Shown here piece after piece: positions 48,320-56,695 of a stretch of DNA of 64,000 nucleotides. The stretch lies in assembly GCA_963663385.2 (NCBI GenBank), contig CAXXXD010000002.1, forward strand, positions 1,152,001-1,216,000, written 5' to 3'. Numbering within the stretch: position 1 is the first letter of the stretch; each line of letters begins with the position of its first letter. The stretch comes from Oceanispirochaeta sp. (lineage in GTDB: Bacteria > Spirochaetota > Spirochaetia > DSM-2461). The position numbers were made by a program, and so were the translations under genes. The notes below the pieces were generated by a model that did not search any database, was not told where the DNA came from, and saw only the letters and a program-made list of their open reading frames with translations.

Positions 48320-49231
48320 TTATTCTTCCTTGCTTTTTGTTATCCGCATCTGGATTAGCGATACAATCAGAGTTATCAGAAACAGGACGATGGAAAGCAG
48401 GGAGGAATACCCCACATTTCTGGATTTGAATCCCTGGTCGAACATGTATTTTATTATTGTCTCGGTTGAACGGTAGGGGCCGCCACCTGTCATTACTTCC
48501 ACTGTGACGAAAGTCCTGAGAAAACTGATAGTCGCAAAGATAACCGCAAAGACAGTCGTCGGTTTCAGAGACGGTACGGTAATGGAAAAGAATTTTCTGA
48601 TGAATCCGGCTCCATCCACTTCGGCCGCTTCATATAACTGATTATTTATATTGGAAAGCCCGGCCAGGAATATGACCATATAGTATCCTGTGCCGTTCCA
48701 GATATTGAGCAGAATAAGGCAGAAGAGGGCCAGTTCCGGTTCGGTTAACCAGTTTATCTTGCTGCCGCCCATAGAAACAATCAGGCTGTTCATAAGCCCG
48801 GCTTCCGTTCCAAAGAGCAGTTTGAAAATAACGCTGGCTACCACAAGAGGCACCAGATAGGTAGAGAAAATAGCGCTCCTGAATAACCCCTGATATTTGC
48901 CTATTTTAAACAGTATGACAGACAGGAACAGGGCAATCGCCAGTACAGAGGGAACACTCAATAAGGTTAGTATAAAGGTATTTTTAAGGGAGTTATAAAA
49001 GTATTCGTCTCCCAGGAGTTTCCTGTAATTCTCCAGGCCGGCAAAGTGAGGTTCCTTTATATAGTTATAATCCATAAAGGATAAATAAACATTTCTGAAA
49101 AAGGGATAATAAACAAATATGGCAAAGAATATAAGAGCCGGGAGCACTATACTCCATACAAAGATTTTGTCGTTTAATCCGGATTTCATCTGGATCGGTT
49201 TTTTCATCCGGGTTTCTCCGTAATTAGTCAA
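48320..49231 (-). CDS. Carbohydrate ABC transporter permease (start may be ATG 49207)
   Basis: LYEAAEVDGA loop, MTGGGP. Confidence 0.92.
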   Translation of the reverse strand: MTNYGETRMKKPIQMKSGLNDKIFVWSIVLPALIFFAIFVYYPFFRNVYLSFMDYNYIKEPHFAGLENYRKLLGDEYFYNSLKNTFILTLLSVPSVLAIALFLSVILFKIGKYQGLFRSAIFSTYLVPLVVASVIFKLLFGTEAGLMNSLIVSMGGSKINWLTEPELALFCLILLNIWNGTGYYMVIFLAGLSNINNQLYEAAEVDGAGFIRKFFSITVPSLKPTTVFAVIFATISFLRTFVTVEVMTGGGPYRSTETIIKYMFDQGFKSRNVGYSSLLSIVLFLITLIVSLIQMRITKSKEE

Positions 49232-49269
49232 TAAAATGGTTTTGAATAAGTATCTGGATAATATTTGAT

Positions 49270-49307
49270 ACTCCCCGTCCGGTTTTCAAGTACCCGGGAC
49301 GGGGAGT
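49270..49307. other. Intercistronic stem-loop after the binding-protein gene
   Basis: ACTCCCCGTCC...GGACGGGGAGT, 11-bp stem without a U-tract. Confidence 0.6.
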
Positions 49308-49331
49308 CTGCAGTTTTGCAGAAAGTCAGAT

Positions 49332-50573
49332 TTAATAGTTACTGTTGATTTTTTCGGCAGCCTGTGAAAGGACTGCTTTGGGATCTTCCATATTCATAAA
49401 GATTCTTTCCAGGGCTTCAATGTAAATCGATCTTCCGTCAGGGTATTTATACGGACCGTCCATGTACTGGTATTTAGTTGTTTCAAGCTGTTTCTGCTGA
49501 GCCAGCTTTGCTTCCAGTACGCCCTCTTTTTCCCAGTTTGCCTGCTTTTCCGTATTATTGTAGATGTCCAGGCTGGTAACGCCCCGATCAGCCTGAATCT
49601 GGAACTCGTCGGAATACATGATCTGCAGGAATTCATAAGCCATGGCTTTGTTTTCCGCGCCGGAAAAAACGGCCCAGTCGCATCCGCCTGTAGAGGTTAT
49701 ACTCTTCCCTCCCTTTCCGGCCGGAACAGTCGTAATTCCAACATTCACTCCGGCATCCAGTGTAGCGGGCAGAGTCCATTCTCCTGTGAAATAGGTTGCC
49801 AGCTGACCGTTTAACCAGAGCTGATCCATTGTTCCGTCCGGCATGGGAGCCCATCCTTTTTTGATAAAGGACTGAGCATAACTGTGGGCTTTGACAGAGG
49901 CCGGGGTATCGATCAGGGTCTTTGTCAGATCTTCGTTCATGAAGACACCATCGTTAGACCAGATCCAGGCGCCGATCTCCCAGGGGTGTGTCGTCAGGGT
50001 CGTGGCAAAAATATCTCCGCCTGATGTATTTTTAAGGCCTTTTTCTGCGATTAGGGTGCCGATTTTTTCCAGATCCGTAAAAGAGGTCGGTACGTCTGCG
50101 CCTAACTGGTTCAGGATATCTTTATTGTAGAATAAAAGGAATGTATTTGTATTATAGTTAAGGGCGCAAATTTCATTGCCGTAGCGCATCCTTTCAAGTT
50201 GTCCGGGGGTAAATTTGCTGAAGATTTCCCAGTTTTTCACTTCATCAGTCAAGTCTTCCAGGATCCCTTCCTTATAAAATTCCTGAGCCCATCCGCCTGT
50301 TTTGGCTATATCCGGGATATCATCCATAGATACCAGTACAAGCTGTTTTTCTCTGGTTTCTCCCCAGGGGCTGATAATGTATTCAACTTCTGCATTCGGG
50401 TGTCTCTCCAGAAAAACCTTCTCTGCCATATCGATATTGTCGTCAGTGGTTCCTGTCGTCGAAATCCGCAGGGTAAAAGAATCATCTGCTGAACCGGCAT
50501 CCTGAGAACCGGATGCGAATCCGAATGATACAGCGAGAATGAGTCCTGCAATGGAAAGTACTATTTTTTTCAT
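49332..50573 (-). CDS. Sugar ABC transporter substrate-binding protein
   Basis: Signal FASGSQD, AAGGAG RBS, LLFYNKDIL, family-1 SBP pattern. Confidence 0.9.
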   Translation of the reverse strand: MKKIVLSIAGLILAVSFGFASGSQDAGSADDSFTLRISTTGTTDDNIDMAEKVFLERHPNAEVEYIISPWGETREKQLVLVSMDDIPDIAKTGGWAQEFYKEGILEDLTDEVKNWEIFSKFTPGQLERMRYGNEICALNYNTNTFLLFYNKDILNQLGADVPTSFTDLEKIGTLIAEKGLKNTSGGDIFATTLTTHPWEIGAWIWSNDGVFMNEDLTKTLIDTPASVKAHSYAQSFIKKGWAPMPDGTMDQLWLNGQLATYFTGEWTLPATLDAGVNVGITTVPAGKGGKSITSTGGCDWAVFSGAENKAMAYEFLQIMYSDEFQIQADRGVTSLDIYNNTEKQANWEKEGVLEAKLAQQKQLETTKYQYMDGPYKYPDGRSIYIEALERIFMNMEDPKAVLSQAAEKINSNY

Positions 50574-50674
50574 CGTAATAGCTCCTTTGTGTTTGTTTGA
50601 GTGATTATATAGTTGAATGTATTTTTATGTCAAACAAAAAATGTATTAAATAATACAAAAGCAATACATAAATT

Positions 50675-50690
50675 AATGTATGATACAATT
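50675..50690. promoter_or_regulatory. Candidate GntR/AraR-type operator upstream of the SBP gene
   Basis: AATGTATGATACAATT, near-palindromic; 14/16 identical to 51835-51850. Confidence 0.6.
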
Positions 50691-51819
50691 AAATCTCTTT
50701 AATTGTATCTCCTTCAACCAGACTTGCTGAAAGAACAATTCGTTCAATTTCCTGATCACCCTCTATAACACGATTGAGTTTTTCCATGGCCAGAATGCCC
50801 ATTTCGAATTCATTCTGTTTCAGATGAGTGTAGGCGGATTCCCCTATATACTCCCAGGGCGCATCAAAGCACAACAGGGAAACATCCCCGGGAATCTGAA
50901 GCCCGATTTCCTTTAATACATGGGACGCCAATATTGCCAGGTGATATTCGCAGGCAAAAATCGCTGTTATTCCTCTTTCTGCTGTTAGGTGATCAAGGAG
51001 AAGATTTTTATCTGTTTCAATATTTCCCGGTGTATTTCTTCCCGGCATTGTACTGACAAAATCCAGCAGGAACAGGGAGTCGTCAATTGGCAGATTGTAA
51101 TCCAGAATTGCCGCCTTGACTCCATCAAGCCGATCCTCCAATGCCGAAGTGTTTCGAACCGGAGGAGATAAGTAGAGAATCCGACGGTGTCCTTTATCAA
51201 GGAGATAAGAAGCTCCTTTATATGAGGCTTCCTTATGGTCTGTACCGATAAAGGAAGATTTCAATCCCCTCAGTTCCAAGTCGACAAGAACAAAGGGGAA
51301 GCCCTTCATGGATAATTCCATTATGGCAGGGTTAAAGAACTCATCGTGTTGAGGCTGTATAATAAGGCCCGAAGCCCCAAGGCTGATCAGGTCCCTGATA
51401 GCCTTTTCTTCAAGATCCTGTTTTCCTTTGGTCAGCTTCATGACCAGATAGTAGCCCAGTTTTTCGGCTTCCTTTTCAATGCCTTCCATAATTTTAATCC
51501 CGAAACTGGAGGATATATCGGGCAGTATAAAACCGATAAATTTCTGTTTCTGCCTGAATCTTCTACTGGTGCTCTGAAGGGGGAGGGGATGGCTGCCGGA
51601 AGATCCGGAATAGGAAACAATAGTCCCTTTCCCTCTTATCCGGGTTAAATACCCCTCTTCCACCAGCAGTTCCATAGCTTTACGAACAGTTACTCTGCTC
51701 ACTTCGAACTGCTGGGTAAGCTCCATTTCGGTTTCCACAGTAGATCCATACGTCAGTTCACCGCTTTGTATTCTACTTAAGAGATGATTATAAAGTTTCA
51801 AGTATTTCGGCTCTTCCAT
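50689..51819 (-). CDS. GntR-HTH/LacI-type sensor transcriptional regulator (AraR-like)
   Basis: VSRVTVRKAM...GKGTIV HTH, then periplasmic-binding-protein-like domain (IPGDVSLLCFD). Confidence 0.9.
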   Translation of the reverse strand: MEEPKYLKLYNHLLSRIQSGELTYGSTVETEMELTQQFEVSRVTVRKAMELLVEEGYLTRIRGKGTIVSYSGSSGSHPLPLQSTSRRFRQKQKFIGFILPDISSSFGIKIMEGIEKEAEKLGYYLVMKLTKGKQDLEEKAIRDLISLGASGLIIQPQHDEFFNPAIMELSMKGFPFVLVDLELRGLKSSFIGTDHKEASYKGASYLLDKGHRRILYLSPPVRNTSALEDRLDGVKAAILDYNLPIDDSLFLLDFVSTMPGRNTPGNIETDKNLLLDHLTAERGITAIFACEYHLAILASHVLKEIGLQIPGDVSLLCFDAPWEYIGESAYTHLKQNEFEMGILAMEKLNRVIEGDQEIERIVLSASLVEGDTIKEI

Positions 51820-51834
51820 AAGACATTTCCTTAT

Positions 51835-51850
51835 AATGTATCTTACAATT
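51835..51850. promoter_or_regulatory. Candidate autoregulatory operator
   Basis: AATGTATCTTACAATT just upstream of the regulator start. Confidence 0.6.
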
Positions 51851-52015
51851 TATATTAAATGTATCATCCGCTGTATTAGTTTTCAAGCAGTATACGGATT
51901 TTCCATATTTACCAAATCTGAATATAAGTTTTAAATACCTGTAAGAATCCACCTGAATATAAATAACGATATAAAAAGCAGCTCCGGAAGGCAGGAGGAA
52001 TGATAAAAAGTCTTC

Positions 52016-52200
52016 ATAGGCTTGTGGATTGATACAATGTTCTAAACATCGTTTAGAACAGCCAGGTTACTGTTCGCCATTTTTACTGGTCTCCGAGACC
52101 GTACAGGAGAATGAAGAGCCGTGACCGAAACATTCAATGGTCTTCGAGACCGGATAGGAGAATGGAATCAATTCACCGTACAGGCGCTGTTTTAGGCAAT
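52016..52200 (+). ncRNA. Putative bridge/seek RNA in the left non-coding end (boundaries approximate)
   Basis: 10-bp hairpin at 52038-60; two homologous modules CATT..GGTCT(C/T)CGAGACC..AGGAGAATG (52078-113, 52131-164) containing target-like and donor-like segments. Confidence 0.65.
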
Positions 52201-52212
52201 AGGAGCGAAGGT

Positions 52213-53325
52213 ATGAAGATGAGTATCGGAGTGGATCTGCACAAATCCCAGTTAACAGTCTGTTTCCTGAGTGATGATAGAAGCATTTGTGAATCAGGAA
52301 TGTATCCGACCTCTGAGGACGGTTACAGAGCATTTCTTGAGAAAGCAGTGTCCTATACAGAAGAGGGCCTTGATGTTAGGGCTGCAGTGGAATCAACAGG
52401 AAATGCCCGGTTCTTCCGTAACAAGCTATTGCTAGCAGGGATTGAGGTGGTGGTTGTGAATACACTGAAATTCAAAGTTGTAAATGAATCAGTGAAAAAG
52501 ACGGATAAGCATGATGCCAGAACTCTAGCAGAGTTCTTGGAAAAAGATATGCTTCCCGAATCACAGCTTTGTTCTCAGGAGAGTGAGGATATCCGTAGAG
52601 TTCTTAAATCCAGAACTATCCTTGTTAAATCAGTCGTATCTTTGAAGAATCAGGTTCACGGACTGCTTCTAGGGTATGGAATTGAAACAAAAAGAGCTGC
52701 GCTGCAGAGTAAAAAAGAAAGGCAGCGCATCCTCATCGGTCTCGTGGACCATAGGAGTTTCGGAAGCGCTGCCAAAGCGATAGAACCGCTGCTTTCTACG
52801 ATAGATCAGGTTTCGAACCAGGTCAAGCAGTTAGAGAAAGTCCTGCTGGAACTTGTAAAGGAAGATGAGGATGTACAGTTATTGCAGACGATCCCGGGAG
52901 TCGGATTGATAACGGCATCGACTATTAGGGCCTATACGGATGATATCAAGCGGTACGCCAGTGCCAAGAAGTATTCGGCTTATGCCGGTCTTGTACCATG
53001 GGTGCAGAACTCCAATGAGACGATTCATCATGGGCATATAACAAAGAGAGGGGCTGTAGAACTGAGAACGGCATTTGTTCAGTGTGTTATGGGAATGGTT
53101 AGAACTCGGAAAACGACTGGCAATTACCGTATCATGACGAAGTACAGAGCGATGAAGAAGAACAAGGGCAGCGGCACGAGTATTATCGCCTCTGCAAGAA
53201 AGATGAGTACGGTAGTGTACTCCATATTGAAAACCCGTGAACCCTTTGATCCGTTGAAGATGGTTCCGGATGATAAGTACTTGAAGATGCAGGCGGCTGC
53301 ATTCAATGCCGTAAAAACTGGGTAA
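52213..53325 (+). CDS. IS110-family DEDD recombinase/transposase
   Basis: GVDLH, VEST, KTDKHDA (DEDD); IPGVG, YAGLVP..QNS (catalytic Ser region), GHITKRG; AGGAG RBS at 52201. Confidence 0.95.
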   Translation: MKMSIGVDLHKSQLTVCFLSDDRSICESGMYPTSEDGYRAFLEKAVSYTEEGLDVRAAVESTGNARFFRNKLLLAGIEVVVVNTLKFKVVNESVKKTDKHDARTLAEFLEKDMLPESQLCSQESEDIRRVLKSRTILVKSVVSLKNQVHGLLLGYGIETKRAALQSKKERQRILIGLVDHRSFGSAAKAIEPLLSTIDQVSNQVKQLEKVLLELVKEDEDVQLLQTIPGVGLITASTIRAYTDDIKRYASAKKYSAYAGLVPWVQNSNETIHHGHITKRGAVELRTAFVQCVMGMVRTRKTTGNYRIMTKYRAMKKNKGSGTSIIASARKMSTVVYSILKTREPFDPLKMVPDDKYLKMQAAAFNAVKTG

Positions 53326-53385
53326 TCCGGTTCAATTGTAAGCTTGTTAATAGGCTTATGATTGACTTTTTATAGGAGATAAAAA

Positions 53386-53823
53386 ATGGTTTTAAAATGG
53401 TCATACGATCTGAATCAGATAGACTGGAACGAACTGAAGGAACTCTACCGAGTCGCCCCCCTCAGTACAAAAACTGAGGAAAAACTTAAAATCACTTTCA
53501 AAAACAGCATGTTTAAATGCTTTGCCTACGATGGGGACAAACTGATTGCTGCGGGAAGAGCCCTGGCTGACGGGGCATACTGTTCCTATATTTGCGATAT
53601 AGGAGTACATCCCGATTATCAGGGACGGGGCATCGGCAGAAAAACAGTACAGAATCTGATGGATCAGTCCAGAGGGCATAAAAAGATTCTCCTCTATGCC
53701 AATCCGGGAAAAGAGGGGTTCTATGCAAAGCTCGGATTTAAAAAAATGAATACCGCAATGGCTCTTTTTGAAAACCAGGAGGAGATGATTGTTAAAGGAA
53801 TCCTGTCGGGAGAACAGGAATAG
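53386..53823 (+). CDS. GNAT-family N-acetyltransferase
   Basis: VHPDYQGRGIG, FYAKLGF. Confidence 0.92.
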   Translation: MVLKWSYDLNQIDWNELKELYRVAPLSTKTEEKLKITFKNSMFKCFAYDGDKLIAAGRALADGAYCSYICDIGVHPDYQGRGIGRKTVQNLMDQSRGHKKILLYANPGKEGFYAKLGFKKMNTAMALFENQEEMIVKGILSGEQE

Positions 53824-53836
53824 AGTGGAAAACATC

Positions 53837-53971
53837 ATGAAAAATAAAACAATCCTGATAAAAGTGATAGTCTTTATCTCGGGGATCTTTGTTATGTCTC
53901 TGGGGTTACCCTGTCGGTTAAAGCGGATAATTATACTGCGACGGACTTCTGTAATACTAAAATGGGAGTAA
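53837..53971 (+). pseudogene. Possible relic of a YczE/YitT-type membrane protein 5' end
   Basis: MKNKTIL...GIFVMSLG, continuing after a 1-nt shift as VTLSVKA; truncated. Confidence 0.35.
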
Positions 53972-54005
53972 ACTCTTCCATGGTTGTTATGGGGCTGTAT
54001 ATTAA

Positions 54006-54923
54006 TTATTTACTCCGGATATTATCATTGGCATGATTGATAGACGTTCTGACCGCTTCAATATAACTGCGGATATAATCTTTCTCCAGCGCCGATTTAT
54101 GGTAGACCATTCCGCTTGGAAAATTAGCCCTTCTCATATCGGGGTGTATTTCCTTGAGACCGAACTGTTCGGCAATTAAATGGATGGACTGGGGGAGGGA
54201 TGTCAGGTAATTTGTTGAACTGACCACTTCCAGCAGGTTAATCATGGAACCGCTTGTGTATTTGATCCGCCGCCTGTAGCTGGCGCTGATCTGGTGATCA
54301 TCCGGTTTTTCGGCGGAAACAAGATTACTGTGGGAAAATACGGCAAAGTCATATTCGGCCAGGTCCTGTTCTTTAATATTCTGTTTTGAAAAAACCGGAT
54401 GGTTCCAGTTTGCAAAAAAAGAGAAAAACACATTCATCAGGTGCTCCTGAACAACCCCCTCCATCGGGGTCAGAGAACCGATATCACAGAAAATAATATC
54501 AAACTGCCCCATAAGAAACTGATCATAAAGGGTTTGGGAGTAACCGGTAATAACTTTAATCTGAATATCGGGAAACTCATTGATATACTGCTTTACCGCA
54601 TCGGGGAACACTCCGTACTGCCATACAAGGCCGGAGCCGATACGCAGCTGTTTCAGTTTCCGGTTTTTAAGGTAATCGATCTCCTGTATGGCATAACGGA
54701 ATTCATTCCCCATGGAGCAGACCTGTTTGTAAAGAACGTCCCCGTACTCTGTAATTTCAACTCCCTTGTTTTTACGGATAAACAGGGGGGTATCCAGAAT
54801 ATCCTCCAGGAGTTTGATGCTTCTGGACAGGGCCGGCTGGGATATATGAAGCTGTTCCGATGCCCGGAGGATGGATGATGTTTCTGCCACAGCTTTAAAG
54901 TGTTCCAGGTATCTATGAAGCAT
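54006..54923 (-). CDS. LysR-family transcriptional regulator
   Basis: SILRASEQLHISQPALSRSIKLLE...PLFIR; divergent from tctC; start 54923 or 54932. Confidence 0.92.
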   Translation of the reverse strand: MLHRYLEHFKAVAETSSILRASEQLHISQPALSRSIKLLEDILDTPLFIRKNKGVEITEYGDVLYKQVCSMGNEFRYAIQEIDYLKNRKLKQLRIGSGLVWQYGVFPDAVKQYINEFPDIQIKVITGYSQTLYDQFLMGQFDIIFCDIGSLTPMEGVVQEHLMNVFFSFFANWNHPVFSKQNIKEQDLAEYDFAVFSHSNLVSAEKPDDHQISASYRRRIKYTSGSMINLLEVVSSTNYLTSLPQSIHLIAEQFGLKEIHPDMRRANFPSGMVYHKSALEKDYIRSYIEAVRTSINHANDNIRSK

Positions 54924-55102
54924 ATTCCCCATCCTTTCTGTTTGCTTAAGGTAATTAACCTTAATGATATAAAAAAAACTTATATCAAGCAAGGATAATT
55001 GTATTAGACAGTATATCAAACCTGGTGTTTAATTAGGTCATATCCTAATTGAATTGCAATTCAGAATCAGGAGCATTAATTTCCAATTAAGGAGTTTTCT
55101 TG

Positions 55103-56110
55103 ATGAAATCGAATCGAATCCTAATCCTGCTGATATTACTCGGCTGTCTGATGAGTCCCCTGTTTTCAAATGGTCAGGGAGAAGCTGATTTCCCTAAAAG
55201 ACCGATCCAGAATATCTTTCCCTGGGGACCCGGAGCAACCTATGCCGCCAGTCAGGTCGTGGCAACAGCCATGGGTGAAGAACTTGGTGTTAATATGACT
55301 GTGACTTCAACAACCGGTGCTGCCGGAGTTAAAGCAGCCATGACTGTCATGTCAAAACCCGCCGACGGTTATACCGTTTTCGATGGGTATGTAGCCCCCC
55401 TGATCCTTTCTCCTCTGTTTGGTAAAGCCGATTATACCTTTAAGGACTTCAAACCCCTTTATGGTGTGGCATCCAATGCATTTGCCATTGTTGTCCGCAA
55501 GGATGACGACCGGTTTCCCGATCTGACCAGTCTGATCGAATATGCCAAGTCTCACCCGGGGGAACTGAAATACTGCGCCGGCGGCGAAGTTTCGCTTCCG
55601 CATATGGCAGCGGCATCCCTTTTGAAAAACTCCGGAGCCGTTACACGCCACGTTCCCTATAACGATACGAATGAGGGAATCAAGGATATGCTGGCAGGAG
55701 TCCTGGATTTCGATGTTATGAACTCCGGCGGCTACAATACATTCAAGGATGATGTCCGGATCCTGGCTGTCCTCAGCGATCTTCCCCAGCCCGGGTTTCC
55801 CGGACAGCCTCTTGTAAAGGATTTCGGATACTCAATCGGTCTGGATGGACTGGCGGCTACAGGGTGGACCTGGTGGGTTGTTCATAAGGATACCCCCGAT
55901 GAAATTGTTGATATCCTGAGGAGCAGTCTTAAAAAGGCTCTTGATGATCCTGCTGTTCAGAGCAGGCTTTCCGATATGGGGTATCTGCCCATGCCGACCG
56001 ATATCTACAGCCCTGAAAATTACAATGAAGAGTGTACCCTCATGTCCACCCAGCTGGGATCTGCTCTGGCGGCTATCCAGTGGGAAAAGGATGAAGTCAA
56101 AAAGTACTGA
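55103..56110 (+). CDS. tctC: Tripartite tricarboxylate transporter substrate-binding protein
   Basis: FPKRPI..IFPWGPG, GAAG...PADGYT, KDTPDEIV. Confidence 0.88.
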   Translation: MKSNRILILLILLGCLMSPLFSNGQGEADFPKRPIQNIFPWGPGATYAASQVVATAMGEELGVNMTVTSTTGAAGVKAAMTVMSKPADGYTVFDGYVAPLILSPLFGKADYTFKDFKPLYGVASNAFAIVVRKDDDRFPDLTSLIEYAKSHPGELKYCAGGEVSLPHMAAASLLKNSGAVTRHVPYNDTNEGIKDMLAGVLDFDVMNSGGYNTFKDDVRILAVLSDLPQPGFPGQPLVKDFGYSIGLDGLAATGWTWWVVHKDTPDEIVDILRSSLKKALDDPAVQSRLSDMGYLPMPTDIYSPENYNEECTLMSTQLGSALAAIQWEKDEVKKY

Positions 56111-56179
56111 TTATATTGCATCCGGTCAGTCCGGATAAATCCCGTCCCTCCTCATAAGAAGGGCCGGGATGGAGGAACC

Positions 56180-56686
56180 ATGTATCTATCTCAAAAAATG
56201 AAATCCGAACTGGCGGTAGCCTGGTGTTTTGCCATTCCCGCTTTTATTGCTCTGTTTGAAATCCATACCAAATTTGTTGCTCTGGGAATGCATACCGGCG
56301 GGGGAGAACAGAATGCCGCCCTGTTTCCCCGGCTATTATCCTGCCTGCTCCTTTTTCTTGTTGTCCTGAAAACATTAAGCATTGTTATTGAATCGAAAAA
56401 GAATCCCTGTGCTGTCGGAGAGGCTGTCATTGTATTCGAAAAAGACGGACGCCGGCGTCTGGCTCTGATATTCCTTGTGTTTGTCCTATATTTACTGGGA
56501 CTGAATTTTCTGGGATACTATGCAGCCACCCCCCTGGCGCTTGCCGCCTTTTTTATGATTCTGGGTATCAGGAAGGTCCTGCCCCTGGCGCTCCTGTCTC
56601 TGGGGGTCACCATCGCCGTCTGGTACAGCTTCGGTATCCTGCTGAAGGTTATACTTCCCGTAGGCCGTTTCGGCCTGTACTTTTAA
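56180..56686 (+). CDS. tctB: TTT small membrane subunit
   Basis: 4-TM protein, FPRL and LKVILPVG motifs, located between tctC and tctA. Confidence 0.85.
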   Translation: MYLSQKMKSELAVAWCFAIPAFIALFEIHTKFVALGMHTGGGEQNAALFPRLLSCLLLFLVVLKTLSIVIESKKNPCAVGEAVIVFEKDGRRRLALIFLVFVLYLLGLNFLGYYAATPLALAAFFMILGIRKVLPLALLSLGVTIAVWYSFGILLKVILPVGRFGLYF

Positions 56687-56695
56687 GGAGTCTTC

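Larger units (their letters stand above)
51996..53378 (+). mobile_element. IS110-family (IS1111-like ends) insertion sequence
   Basis: AGGAG at both junctions (51993-97, 53374-78); 10-bp sub-terminal IRs ATAAAAAGTC (52003-12)/GACTTTTTAT (53364-73); DEDD transposase inside. Confidence 0.85.

Noticed and set aside
52078..52164. CRISPR-like repeats here or elsewhere in the window
   Set aside because: Only two units, explained by the IS RNA structure; no regular repeat-spacer array or cas gene seen
52111..52212. N-terminal extension of the transposase in the ORF track
   Set aside because: It lies in the structured non-coding region; the RBS and the GVDLH motif support a start at 52213/52219
52016..53376. 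ATAGG as the duplicated IS boundary
   Set aside because: This would exclude the left sub-terminal IR and give a 21-nt spacer to TACAAT; the AGGAG boundary fits the IRs and the guide-like matches better
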